Origin: Shigella phage ESh21
Strand: one strand, 5' to 3'
DNA: 64,000 nt
Sequence record: ON528731
Position numbers and translations under genes: made by a program
The notes under the pieces: generated by a model
What the model saw: only the letters and a program-made list of their open reading frames with translations
What the model was told of the DNA's origin: nothing
Database searches by the model: none
In this document: in pieces, positions 1-8,766 of the stretch
How the letters are laid out: each line of letters begins with the position of its first letter
How positions within the stretch are numbered: the stretch's first letter is position 1

Positions 1-2
1 GT

Positions 3-221
3 GCAGCAGGGATTGTAAAACAGGGAGCACCATACCGTTCCTTCAATCTGGAAACTGCTCTTATGCTTTCCTTCACAAGTGGTGAAAAGACTACCACTTA
101 TCTGTTTACTGATGCTGCAACGGTATCAGCTATCAAGGACAGCACCATTAAAGCTGGGGTTAACGCTGCTGCTAAAGCCTCAACAATGGCTGCAAATGTG
201 CTTGCTAAAGTTCTAGGTTAA
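3..221 (+). CDS. C-terminal fragment of a gene starting upstream of the window (hypothetical protein)
   Basis: Frame open from window edge to TAA at 219-221; hairpin terminator follows. Confidence 0.35.
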   Translation, partial: AAGIVKQGAPYRSFNLETALMLSFTSGEKTTTYLFTDAATVSAIKDSTIKAGVNAAAKASTMAANVLAKVLG

Positions 222-231
222 GGTTAATATA

Positions 232-256
232 GAGGCTCCTTCGGGAGCCTTTTTCA
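232..256 (+). terminator. Rho-independent terminator
   Basis: AGGCTCC-TTCG-GGAGCCT hairpin followed by T-run. Confidence 0.7.
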
Positions 257-273
257 TTTCTAGGAGAAGTTAA

Positions 274-621
274 ATGACATTTAAAGAATTTTGTCAAGCT
301 GCTTTTGTAATCATGTTTCTGTTAGGTGTTGGTGCTTGGGGAGGTTATACTTACAAGACCAGCCAAGTTAACGAGAAAGAGTTGACTAATCAGAGATTGG
401 TTAGTGTTGCTAAGGATGCTTACCAAGAAGGTTTAGCAAACCTTAGCGCTAATTACAAAAACGATTTGAAAGATGTGCTTGCTAAAAACAAACACACAAA
501 AGAGGTATTAACTTATGAAAAAACTAAGACAGAGTTTCTTAATATTTGTGCTACTGAGTCTTATGTCAGGGTGTTCAATGAACAAGGTGAACAGTACCTT
601 CAAAAACTCCCAAGTAAGTGA
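274..621 (+). CDS. Membrane protein, i-spanin-like (N-terminal TM helix, charged periplasmic region)
   Basis: AGGAG Shine-Dalgarno 8 nt upstream; N-terminal hydrophobic segment FVIMFLLGVGAWGG. Confidence 0.5.
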   Translation: MTFKEFCQAAFVIMFLLGVGAWGGYTYKTSQVNEKELTNQRLVSVAKDAYQEGLANLSANYKNDLKDVLAKNKHTKEVLTYEKTKTEFLNICATESYVRVFNEQGEQYLQKLPSK

Positions 622-784
622 GAGTGACAAGTACACTCAGGAAGAAACTAGGTACACTGTCAAAGGTACTAAGGGTGAAGACCTTGCTAGTGCTATGGAG
701 TTTTATCGTGATGGATTCTATGAATGTGCTATCAAGGCAAACAATTTGATTGATATGATTTTGTTAGGGAATAAGCAGCAATGA
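515..784 (+). CDS. Lipoprotein, o-spanin-like, overlapping 274..621 in another frame
   Basis: Signal peptide with lipobox LMSGC; AGAGG SD; starts inside upstream gene and extends past its stop. Confidence 0.45.
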   Translation: MKKLRQSFLIFVLLSLMSGCSMNKVNSTFKNSQVSESDKYTQEETRYTVKGTKGEDLASAMEFYRDGFYECAIKANNLIDMILLGNKQQ

Positions 785-1050
785 CAGAGAAGAATGAAAC
801 GTTCTATGTAGAAGGTTATCTACTACTCCCAAGACCAAGCAACACTTACATGAGAATTGACTTCTTACCAACAATCATGGATGATATCATGTGTCACCTA
901 TTCATACAGGGAATCACGGCACAGTTAAAACATGTTGGAAGAGAATGTAAGATTCGTGTTGACAACCATCCTGAAATCAAAGAGAATCACTATATCTGGT
1001 TCGGTGAAGATTCCAAAGAAATCTACGCAACGTTAAAAACGAGGGAATGA
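781..1050 (+). CDS. Hypothetical protein
   Basis: ORF in six-frame track; ATGA overlap with upstream stop. Confidence 0.5.
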   Translation: MTEKNETFYVEGYLLLPRPSNTYMRIDFLPTIMDDIMCHLFIQGITAQLKHVGRECKIRVDNHPEIKENHYIWFGEDSKEIYATLKTRE

Positions 1051-1217
1051 TTGTGGACAAACAGAAGCTTCTTAACTTGATTGAAGAGTATGGTGATACC
1101 CGTTTTAATATTGGTATTGCACAGGTTAAAGATTCAATTGAAAACTCTACCTTATGGGAAGAAGCTTCAGAAGCAATCTTACAACAAATTAAAGAGGTAA
1201 TCTCTAATGGAACTTAA
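1047..1217 (+). CDS. Small hypothetical protein (56 aa)
   Basis: ATG at 1047 overlaps upstream TGA stop (ATGA); below ORF-track length cutoff. Confidence 0.3.
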   Translation: MIVDKQKLLNLIEEYGDTRFNIGIAQVKDSIENSTLWEEASEAILQQIKEVISNGT

Positions 1218-1533
1218 TGGTAAAACCATTGTAGCCGTATTCTCAGATAATGAGAAAGATATTGGTGTAGCCCAAGTGACATATGGCAATGGTGAGTTTC
1301 TATATGGTGTAATCGCCATGATTGGTACAAGAGGTGATACCCCAACATTCCAAGATTGTGTACATAAGCTTGAAGAGTCTGTTAGAAATCATTGGTGTCT
1401 CGTTTGGATGAACGATAATGATATCAAAGAGCGTTACGCTAAAATTGGTATTGACATTGTTGGAATTGAACATGTAGACTTGTATCAACTAACTGAAAAG
1501 GTGATGTATGAAAGCAATAATCACACGCTGTAA
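1207..1533 (+). CDS. Hypothetical protein
   Basis: ORF in track; tight operon packing. Confidence 0.5.
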   Translation: MELNGKTIVAVFSDNEKDIGVAQVTYGNGEFLYGVIAMIGTRGDTPTFQDCVHKLEESVRNHWCLVWMNDNDIKERYAKIGIDIVGIEHVDLYQLTEKVMYESNNHTL

Positions 1534-1762
1534 GAAGACTAGAAAAGCACTTGGTGGTGCAATCTTTGTAGGTCGCCGAGAAGTAATTCCATTTAGCGCA
1601 AAGATTTGTGAAGGTTCTGTGTTAGGGCATAGACATTTCAAAGATGGTGATTTCAAACATTACGTAGGCAAGTACCTGAGTGAGTCATTGGGAGAGTACA
1701 AACAACGCCAATATAAAACTCACAATGATGTTTTCTTCCAAGAGGTAATTTCAAATGGCTGA
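1508..1762 (+). CDS. Hypothetical protein
   Basis: ORF in track. Confidence 0.45.
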   Translation: MKAIITRCKKTRKALGGAIFVGRREVIPFSAKICEGSVLGHRHFKDGDFKHYVGKYLSESLGEYKQRQYKTHNDVFFQEVISNG

Positions 1763-1955
1763 TTTCTGCAAAGATTGCTCTATTGAAATGTTTGGACGAG
1801 ATACAGGAGACTTGAAAGGTCTTATCACTGAAGAAGATTTCAAAGCTGGTTATGCTATGCCAACACTCTGTGAAGGTTGTGGTGGAATCTGGGTAGACCA
1901 TGAAGGGCAACGTGTAAAACCTTCTGAAGATAAAGAATCGTGGGAGAAATGGTAA
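1755..1955 (+). CDS. Small Cys-rich protein (CxxC...CxxC, zinc-ribbon-like)
   Basis: CKDC and CEGCGG motifs in translation. Confidence 0.45.
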   Translation: MADFCKDCSIEMFGRDTGDLKGLITEEDFKAGYAMPTLCEGCGGIWVDHEGQRVKPSEDKESWEKW

Positions 1956-1956
1956 C

Positions 1957-2751
1957 ATGGGCATTGTAAAAATCATTAAAGGTGATATCTTTGAAGCCTT
2001 TGATAACCAGAAGTTTGATATCATTGGTCACGGATGCAACTGCATGAACTTGATGGGTGCAGGTATTGCAGCAACAATCTCAAAACGCTACCCAAAAGCT
2101 TATGAGACTGACGCTGAAGTTTATGAGACAGTTGGTGGTGAGAACCATAAACCTGTACATCTTATGCTTGGCAATATCTCTGTAGCACGTTTCAAGCAGG
2201 GTCGAATTGCTAACCTATACACTCAGGTTATCACTGGTAAAGATGCACGTTACAATGCCTTAGAAGCAGCTTTGCAGCGTCTTAACAACTACTGCAAAGT
2301 AAACCAGCTTAAGAAGGTTGGTCTTCCAATGATTTGTGCAGGGATTGGTGGTCTGGATATCTTTGCAGTTACTTCAATCATTAACCAGACAATGAAAGAT
2401 GTAGACGTTTACCTTTATGTCTATGAAGAAACAATGCACAGACGACTAACCAATAACATAGTTGGTTGGAACAACTACAGTGAACCTCAACACTTTGATG
2501 GTGTCGCAGTTGTGAAGGATAATCAAGTTACACTACGGGTAAAACGGAAGGGTAAGGTGCATAAAAGTAACCCTCCGGTTGAGAAGTACTCTCTGAGTAA
2601 CGCTCAAGTTACCCACCCGTTACATGACCACTGTTTGAGAGCAGTAACATTTGGTGACAATGCAAGTGTTTACCTTCTTGCACAAGACCATGAAGAAGCT
2701 GATAAGATTATCTCTGATAAACGTTTTAGCTTTGTTGAAGCACGTAACTAA
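1957..2751 (+). CDS. Macro domain protein (ADP-ribose binding / ADP-ribosyl hydrolase-like) with C-terminal extension
   Basis: GDIF...FDIIGHGCNCMNLMGAGIAATI and KVGLPMICAGIGGLD resemble macro-domain motifs (GDIT, VNAAN..GGGV..AI, PxIxTGxxGxP). Confidence 0.65.
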   Translation: MGIVKIIKGDIFEAFDNQKFDIIGHGCNCMNLMGAGIAATISKRYPKAYETDAEVYETVGGENHKPVHLMLGNISVARFKQGRIANLYTQVITGKDARYNALEAALQRLNNYCKVNQLKKVGLPMICAGIGGLDIFAVTSIINQTMKDVDVYLYVYEETMHRRLTNNIVGWNNYSEPQHFDGVAVVKDNQVTLRVKRKGKVHKSNPPVEKYSLSNAQVTHPLHDHCLRAVTFGDNASVYLLAQDHEEADKIISDKRFSFVEARN

Positions 2752-2811
2752 GTAACTTTGTAAAGTATTCACAATAGAGTAAGCCTTTCTTGTTCTTGCA
2801 AACACAAGGTA

Positions 2812-3008
2812 AGGAGGGCTTTTTCATTTCAAAATCGTGCAGATAAAGGTCTATAAAGAAATCTGTAGAGTGAAATCAAAGTCAACTCCAAAGGGAAAAT
2901 TCATTTTCAATTTGTGCAGGTGAACTCCAAAGAGCTTTTTCATTTCAAAATTGTGCAGAGAAAAATCAGGTCGGGCAAGAAAATTCATTTTCAATTTGTG
3001 CAGGTAGC
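2812..3008. repeat. Four tandem copies of a ~40-bp repeat (core TTTCATTTTCAAATTGTGCAG)
   Basis: Copies near 2822, 2901, 2936, 2981 alternating two variants. Confidence 0.7.
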
Positions 3009-3016
3009 CAGATATA

Positions 3017-3057
3017 GCCAGCCAGCCCCACCACCCCCTCTTACTCCCCTTCCTCCC
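3017..3057. repeat. C-rich polypyrimidine tract
   Basis: GCCAGCCAGCCCCACCACCCCCTCTTACTCCCCTTCCTCCC in otherwise AT-rich DNA. Confidence 0.6.
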
Positions 3058-3178
3058 AAAAGTCAAGAGAAAAATTTGTAGCGGATTAAAAAATAATTCT
3101 TGACTAGTTTTCTGTTTAGTGCTATGTGTACGCGCCCGTTTCATTCACAACATGCCAAAAATATTTTTAAAAATTTGC

Positions 3179-3207
3179 TTGACTCTAAAAAACCAGTCTT
3201 ATAGTAT
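3179..3207 (+). promoter_or_regulatory. Sigma70-like promoter for first early cassette
   Basis: TTGACT - 17 bp - TAGTAT. Confidence 0.55.
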
Positions 3208-3257
3208 TTGCATCAACGGGAAGCAATCCCAACAATCCTAAACTGGAGATTCAAAAA

Positions 3258-3464
3258 ATGTTATATCAACGGGAATTAATGATTGTCGATAATAACAAAA
3301 CTAAAAAACGTCGCTTCTTTATGTTAATCTGTGACGTGTGGCAAAGAATATCTGAAAAGGATTATGACAAGTATGTTGATACATCAATCAGGTCGGATTG
3401 TTATTTGACAAATCACACAAGACAGTTTACAAGACATACAGCAGTTTACTACTATGACGTTTAA
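3258..3464 (+). CDS. Hypothetical early protein
   Basis: Conserved leader CCTAAACTGGAGATTCAAAAA immediately upstream of ATG. Confidence 0.5.
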   Translation: MLYQRELMIVDNNKTKKRRFFMLICDVWQRISEKDYDKYVDTSIRSDCYLTNHTRQFTRHTAVYYYDV

Positions 3465-3476
3465 AAGGGCTTGACA

Positions 3477-3638
3477 ATGATTAAAGAAAGCAATGTAATA
3501 CGTTACAAGGATTTAGACGGCTACCCTAAAACGGGAAAAGTTTTCTATCTTTACAAGTCAGTGATGGGTAATGACTGCATAGCCCTAACAAATGGCGACA
3601 AAATAACCATGAAAGATTTTATAAAAATTATTGCATAA
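3477..3638 (+). CDS. Small hypothetical protein (53 aa)
   Basis: ATG 13 nt after upstream stop; below ORF-track cutoff. Confidence 0.3.
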   Translation: MIKESNVIRYKDLDGYPKTGKVFYLYKSVMGNDCIALTNGDKITMKDFIKIIA

Positions 3639-3643
3639 AGTGC

Positions 3644-3696
3644 TTCACATGGGGTTTAAAAGGTAGTATCTTAAGCCCCAGATAAAGAACTTTATC
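3644..3696 (+). promoter_or_regulatory. Promoter-embedded stem-loop cassette plus palindrome GATAAAGAACTTTATC
   Basis: TTCACA -35 in 5' arm, hairpin GGGGTTTA/TAAGCCCC, -10-like TATCTT, then 16-bp palindrome. Confidence 0.5.
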
Positions 3697-3726
3697 ACTA
3701 AACAATCCTAAACTGGAGAATCTAAA

Positions 3727-4110
3727 ATGAAAAAATACTATATGCCAAAGTTTATCAAGAAAGAAAACTTTCGCGATGCTCTGGAAAATTCCATGAATGA
3801 GCAATTCAAAGGCAAAATAATTGTTGTACACGCATACAATTTTAAGTATGATGTAAACGGTAACAAGATAAACCACTACACCGTTACAATGTTAGATGAT
3901 ACACTCTCAGGAGAAAAAGCCATCATCAATGCACTGGCTGCACGTGGTAAAACGTTAATCCGTTGTGATAAACGCCGCTATCAGGGTGGCACTTATGGTT
4001 ATGAGGATGCAATCTATCATCTTGCTAATATGGGTTACAATGTCGAAAAAGCTGGCGTATCTCAAATGATTGGTAGTGATGGGTATGTAACAGATTTCAA
4101 AATTAACTAA
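3727..4110 (+). CDS. Hypothetical early protein
   Basis: Conserved leader upstream. Confidence 0.55.
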   Translation: MKKYYMPKFIKKENFRDALENSMNEQFKGKIIVVHAYNFKYDVNGNKINHYTVTMLDDTLSGEKAIINALAARGKTLIRCDKRRYQGGTYGYEDAIYHLANMGYNVEKAGVSQMIGSDGYVTDFKIN

Positions 4111-4118
4111 TAAAGTGC

Positions 4119-4172
4119 TTTACATGGGGTTTATGAGTTGCTAGTATAAGCCCCAGATAAAGAATTTTATCA
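4119..4172 (+). promoter_or_regulatory. Promoter-embedded stem-loop cassette plus palindrome
   Basis: TTTACA - 17 bp - TAGTAT overlapping hairpin GGGGTTTAT/ATAAGCCCC; palindrome GATAAAGAATTTTATC. Confidence 0.55.
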
Positions 4173-4197
4173 CTAACCTAAACTGGAGATTCTAAAA

Positions 4198-4710
4198 ATG
4201 AAATCAGTCGAAAGCACCTTTGAAGTTCAAAAAGAAAAATTTACTATCATCTTTGAAGCAATGAATGTTTATGAGCCTTCCCATTGTGTGGATAACTGGC
4301 AATTCACTGATGAGCATAAAGGAGGAGTTACAATCAAAGTTAAAAACTCAGAACGTAACGGCTACAAATATGCAATTCCTATGCACTATGCGCTTTCACA
4401 GCTTGCCAGTGATTACGCAAAACAGGGAAGGGATAACCCATCATTAGCCGCTTACAAGAGCTTACAAGATGAACTAGAAAGGGATTTAGGGGCTAATAGC
4501 TACATTCTATACGCCTCAGTAGTTGACGCTGAAGGCAACACGGTTTTAAATAGTTTTTCCCTTGCGTATGGTTTTGATTGGTGCTATCTTGACGGGGAAG
4601 ATTTAGATTCACGCTTAAAAGAGGAAGTAAGCAATTCAGGTGCTGAAGAGGAAGTTTTAGAGCGCTTGGAAGATTTAAAAGATAGTGTGATGAATATCTT
4701 TAATATCTAA
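4198..4710 (+). CDS. Hypothetical early protein
   Basis: Conserved leader upstream. Confidence 0.55.
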   Translation: MKSVESTFEVQKEKFTIIFEAMNVYEPSHCVDNWQFTDEHKGGVTIKVKNSERNGYKYAIPMHYALSQLASDYAKQGRDNPSLAAYKSLQDELERDLGANSYILYASVVDAEGNTVLNSFSLAYGFDWCYLDGEDLDSRLKEEVSNSGAEEEVLERLEDLKDSVMNIFNI

Positions 4711-4716
4711 AAGTAC

Positions 4717-4769
4717 TTTACATGGGGGTTATCAAGTTGCTAAGATAGCCCCAGATAAAGAGCTTTACC
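4717..4769 (+). promoter_or_regulatory. Promoter-embedded stem-loop cassette plus imperfect palindrome
   Basis: TTTACA, hairpin, GATAAAGAGCTTTACC. Confidence 0.45.
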
Positions 4770-4795
4770 AACAATCCTAAACTGGAGAATCTAAA

Positions 4796-5086
4796 ATGAA
4801 AATTCCTGCTAATGTACGCTCAAAGTTAAGCCAATTACTACAAAACATTTCTTTTGTAGAATCTCATAGACGTTCACAGGATGTTATAGAGTGGTATCAT
4901 GGGAAGATTAACAAGAAAGAAGTTTTAATCTGTATTTGGAACTTTCAAAAAGAACATGGCAAGCCATTGCTTCAGGTTGACATTTATGATAATACTAGCA
5001 AATCAGCAGTAAAATCAAAAGCTGATATGATTGATTCATATGAAATTAGTCACACTGGTAGATTATCACACGTTGGGAAGGTTTAA
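4796..5086 (+). CDS. Hypothetical early protein
   Basis: Conserved leader upstream. Confidence 0.5.
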   Translation: MKIPANVRSKLSQLLQNISFVESHRRSQDVIEWYHGKINKKEVLICIWNFQKEHGKPLLQVDIYDNTSKSAVKSKADMIDSYEISHTGRLSHVGKV

Positions 5087-5087
5087 A

Positions 5088-5414
5088 ATGTTACTTTCTG
5101 GTATCGCAATTCTGATTTCAATTGTGGCGCTATATAAAGCTTATCAAGCCTCAGACTATGCAGATAAGGCTATCACAAGGAAAGTTAAAATAAACCTTGT
5201 AAGTAGCTTCTTAGAGCGTTTAAGCGTGGAACAATTACAACGTTTAGAGATGGGATTCAGGTTTAAGGCAGACACTTATCAAATCAGTGATGTTTTATCC
5301 GGTAACTTTGAGCTTGTTAATGATTACAATGCGTTACTAAATGCTATTCAAGCTACTGATTTAAAAGAATATTATCCGGTTATTGCACAAGAAATTAATA
5401 AACGCAAAAAATAG
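5088..5414 (+). CDS. Hypothetical membrane protein (N-terminal TM helix)
   Basis: Start moved to ATG 5088 with GGAAGG SD; the longer ORF from 5031 overlaps the upstream gene. Confidence 0.45.
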   Translation: MLLSGIAILISIVALYKAYQASDYADKAITRKVKINLVSSFLERLSVEQLQRLEMGFRFKADTYQISDVLSGNFELVNDYNALLNAIQATDLKEYYPVIAQEINKRKK

Positions 5415-5497
5415 CTTGCAAAGGCAAATCAAAACAAGTAAAGTACTCATCAACGGGGTAAGCAAGCCCCTAACAATCCTAAACTGGAGAATCTAAG

Positions 5498-5770
5498 ATG
5501 TATACAACTAATAATGGCAGAACTTTAAATGTAACTTTAAAGCACTATATAGACGGTGTATTAAACTTTGAAGACTTGCAAGCAGAGCAGCACTTGTTAG
5601 CTTGGCAAGTAGCAGGATTACAAAAAACCGCCACCGGATATGGGAAGAAAATCCCTACATCTTGGAAAGTTCGATACCTTGGAAAGTTACGCAGAATTTA
5701 TCAAGATGTTTACAGTAATAGTGGTGTAAGTTACATTATTGTTAGCGGTAAAAAGTTACATCTTGCTTAA
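5498..5770 (+). CDS. Hypothetical early protein
   Basis: TTGCAA-17-TAAAGT promoter and conserved leader upstream. Confidence 0.5.
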   Translation: MYTTNNGRTLNVTLKHYIDGVLNFEDLQAEQHLLAWQVAGLQKTATGYGKKIPTSWKVRYLGKLRRIYQDVYSNSGVSYIIVSGKKLHLA

Positions 5771-5778
5771 TAAAGTGC

Positions 5779-5831
5779 TTTACATGGGGTTTATAAGTCG
5801 ATAGTATAAGCCCCAGATAAAGAACTTTATC
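5779..5831 (+). promoter_or_regulatory. Promoter-embedded stem-loop cassette plus palindrome
   Basis: TTTACA - 17 bp - TAGTAT with hairpin; GATAAAGAACTTTATC. Confidence 0.55.
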
Positions 5832-5857
5832 ACTAACCTAAACTGGAGATTCAAAAA

Positions 5858-6259
5858 ATGGCTACGAACAAAGATATAGCAGTACTGAAAGCACGTTTGA
5901 CCGTTAACCGTATTAATGCTATCACATCAACCGCACCAGATGAGGTTTTACATAACATTATCGGTAAAATTCAGGGTGTAATTTTAGACGTTGAAAACAT
6001 CAGAGATTCACTTGCAAATGTTGCACAGGGTGTTACACTTGACGGCGCACAATATGAAATGGCTGATATGCTTTCAAAGTCAAAAGTTCTTAATAAAGAA
6101 TTAGACTTGAAAATGTTTCGATTTGCTGTTAAAGTGTGGCTATCTGTTGAGTTTGATGCTAACTTTGCAATTGCTGATTTCTTCGCAACGTGGTTACAAC
6201 GTAATTTAGAAAAGCAAGATTTTCAAGATATCTGCGATACAATTTACGCAGAACTTTAA
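5858..6259 (+). CDS. Hypothetical early protein
   Basis: Conserved leader upstream. Confidence 0.55.
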   Translation: MATNKDIAVLKARLTVNRINAITSTAPDEVLHNIIGKIQGVILDVENIRDSLANVAQGVTLDGAQYEMADMLSKSKVLNKELDLKMFRFAVKVWLSVEFDANFAIADFFATWLQRNLEKQDFQDICDTIYAEL

Positions 6260-6343
6260 AAAACGTTTGACACTGATTTTTAGATATATTAAAGTACTAT
6301 CAGACGGGCAAGCAAGCCCACTTCCTAAACTGGAGATTCAAAA

Positions 6344-6901
6344 ATGAAATGCTTTCACGGAACTACTCAAGAAAACTTTGTGAACCTGCTGAGTGGTGGA
6401 GAAAAACCTTCAGGGGCTTGGAATTGCTCAGACAGTGACGGGTGTTTTTATGTTTACCCTGTTAGTAAGTTCTATGATGTAGAGGATATGAACGCAGAAC
6501 AAATCACTGAAGAGGGTATTAGAAACACTCTGGATAGCGCAAGTATCACAGCGGCTTTCCAGATGAAATCACAAAAAATCGTTATCTTGGAACTCGATAT
6601 TCCAGAGGATGAATTACAAGATGACTGGAGCTGTGAGAATATGAAAGACGTTGCAAGCTTTACAGAACACTTTGATAAATCTTGGATTAAAAAGATTTAC
6701 ACAACTGATTTTAATGCTATGTATGCACCGTTTTTTGTACCTAACTTGAACAATAGAAATCTTGGCTATGTACCTGATGAATTACATAACATTGCTGTAA
6801 TGGTTCAACGTAGCGATGAGATGAATAATGTTTATTGTGACATTTTCGAAAATATGCAATCTAACATCACAGAAAGCAATATAAACGACTTTACAGCATA
6901 A
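6344..6901 (+). CDS. Hypothetical early protein
   Basis: TTGACA-17-TAAAGT promoter and conserved leader upstream. Confidence 0.55.
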   Translation: MKCFHGTTQENFVNLLSGGEKPSGAWNCSDSDGCFYVYPVSKFYDVEDMNAEQITEEGIRNTLDSASITAAFQMKSQKIVILELDIPEDELQDDWSCENMKDVASFTEHFDKSWIKKIYTTDFNAMYAPFFVPNLNNRNLGYVPDELHNIAVMVQRSDEMNNVYCDIFENMQSNITESNINDFTA

Positions 6902-6964
6902 ACCATAGAATCATACCAGATAACCGTAAAAGCCCCACACAGGGGCTTACAGGAGCTTTAAAAG

Positions 6965-7201
6965 ATGCTTACAACAATCTATCTCATGCTTGCCGTTTGC
7001 TCTGGTGCAAATAATTGTCATTATGGCATTATGGAATCCTTTGAAGGCACTAAACAAAATGCGGAAGAGGCTTGTAATATTGCTAGACAAGATTACCCCA
7101 AATCATCTAAAATGGGTTGCTACGTCTTACAAGGTGAAGACGAAAACACAGAATACTACGAAAATATTAATGAAGATGAATTTTTAGAGATTTACAAATA
7201 A
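6965..7201 (+). CDS. Small Cys-containing protein with N-terminal hydrophobic segment (possibly secreted)
   Basis: ORF in track; N-terminal hydrophobic stretch. Confidence 0.45.
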   Translation: MLTTIYLMLAVCSGANNCHYGIMESFEGTKQNAEEACNIARQDYPKSSKMGCYVLQGEDENTEYYENINEDEFLEIYK

Positions 7202-7206
7202 AGTAC

Positions 7207-7259
7207 TTTACATGGGGCTTAAAAGGTAGTATCTTAAGCCCCAGATAAAGAGCTTTACC
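7207..7259 (+). promoter_or_regulatory. Promoter-embedded stem-loop cassette plus imperfect palindrome
   Basis: TTTACA, hairpin GGGGCTTA/TAAGCCCC, GATAAAGAGCTTTACC. Confidence 0.45.
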
Positions 7260-7286
7260 AACAATCCTAAACTGGAGAATCTAAAA

Positions 7287-7628
7287 ATGGCATACGTAAC
7301 AGTAATTACTGACAAAGAAAATTCATCTTGGTCTACTCAGGTTAGCGATAAAATGTCCCCTATGCAGTGTCTCAAGTACTTTGAGCAGTGGAACCGTGGG
7401 GAAGATGTAAGCCCTTTTCAGGTGATGCAGGTTGTACACGTTGACAATGACGGCAACAAAACAACACTTAACACTGAATACTACGCAAGCCGTTTTGAAA
7501 CTAGAGCAGAGGCAATGAAACAATTACGTGAAAAGGGTTACAGTCACATAGCTGGATTAATCTGGAATGACTTACTAAAACAGCAGTGTATGACCTATGT
7601 CAAGCCTGAAAAAATCTTTATAAGCTAA
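7287..7628 (+). CDS. Hypothetical early protein
   Basis: Conserved leader upstream. Confidence 0.55.
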   Translation: MAYVTVITDKENSSWSTQVSDKMSPMQCLKYFEQWNRGEDVSPFQVMQVVHVDNDGNKTTLNTEYYASRFETRAEAMKQLREKGYSHIAGLIWNDLLKQQCMTYVKPEKIFIS

Positions 7629-7813
7629 TCAGTAACTTACAAAATACTTTGAAAAAACTGTTGACTTTACCCCTTGACAATAGTACATTTGTTCGAGGGG
7701 GTTTATCTAAAAGGATTCACTTGAAAGATTCTTTATAGATAAGCCTTGCAATTGCTTCAAAGATTCTCTATAGTTCTCTCAGTTGGTTAACTTCCTAAAC
7801 TGGAGATTCTAAA

Positions 7814-7933
7814 ATGATTATTTTGTATATGATGGTATTCTCAGTAGTGACCCCTTTCATACTCTTAATAGCCAGCGAAATAGATGATAAAATCTTTGAT
7901 AAAAAGCTTGCAAAGGCAAATCAAAACAAGTAA
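7814..7933 (+). CDS. Small hydrophobic peptide (39 aa)
   Basis: Conserved leader directly upstream of ATG; below ORF-track cutoff. Confidence 0.3.
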   Translation: MIILYMMVFSVVTPFILLIASEIDDKIFDKKLAKANQNK

Positions 7934-7997
7934 AGTATCTATCAAGGGGAAGGAATAAGGCTTCCCCCACTAAATAATCCTAAACTGGAGATTCAAA

Positions 7998-8525
7998 ATG
8001 AATAAGTTCACAGCAATCAATACTATCCGCTCAAAAGATGTAATGAAAAAACCTGTAAAAGACACTTTCGAATTTACTCTTAAAGATAAGTTGTTTGCAG
8101 TTATCACGAAAGGGGAAGATAAAAAATATTACATTCATCGCCCAAATCAGCAAATGCTAACCACTAACAACTTTATGAAGGCTGTGGCAATGATTCTGCC
8201 TGATTTTATGGCTATCGTTGCAGAGATTCACGAAATGGCTATAAAAGCCACTAAAAACGAGCTAAACCGCTATAAAATGGCTTATGAGCGTTCTATCAAG
8301 TCTCATAATCTTTTTATTGCAATCCACCATACGGGGATGTATGCTATGGGGACGGGTAACCAACAATACCCGCTCTATGATGTAGAAAATATCTATACAG
8401 GTGATTATCCAACAACTAAATTTAAGATTACGCTGGGGGAGGCATTAACTAGGGGGATTCGACTTTACGAACAATCTCTAAAAAACTTAGAAAATTCACT
8501 TGACGAAACGTTAGCGAATCTTTAA
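7998..8525 (+). CDS. Hypothetical early protein
   Basis: Conserved leader upstream. Confidence 0.55.
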   Translation: MNKFTAINTIRSKDVMKKPVKDTFEFTLKDKLFAVITKGEDKKYYIHRPNQQMLTTNNFMKAVAMILPDFMAIVAEIHEMAIKATKNELNRYKMAYERSIKSHNLFIAIHHTGMYAMGTGNQQYPLYDVENIYTGDYPTTKFKITLGEALTRGIRLYEQSLKNLENSLDETLANL

Positions 8526-8589
8526 AGTATCTATCAAGGGGAAGGAATCACTTCCCCACTAAAAATTCCTAAACTGGAGACTTAAAAGA

Positions 8590-8766
8590 TGAATTTTGAA
8601 CAGCGTATGATTGCAAAATTTGGTGCTAAACGTTGGGAAGAAATGAAAAAAGAGCATGAAGAAAAGAAAAATGAAGAAATGGTAGTCATCACTGGTACAG
8701 ACTTGTTAAATCATTCAGTTACTAATTACATCATTTCCGGCAATTCTTACAAGAAAGTTATTTGAT
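8590..8766 (+). CDS. Small hypothetical protein (58 aa)
   Basis: Conserved leader upstream; below ORF-track cutoff. Confidence 0.3.

Noticed and set aside
2812-3008. CRISPR array
   Set aside because: Repeat units are contiguous and degenerate with no unique spacers of regular length; the TTGTTA array is likewise too short and variable
2851-3144. Minus-strand ORF across the tandem-repeat region
   Set aside because: Its frame is made of the 40-bp repeats and polypyrimidine tract; repetitive low-complexity translation
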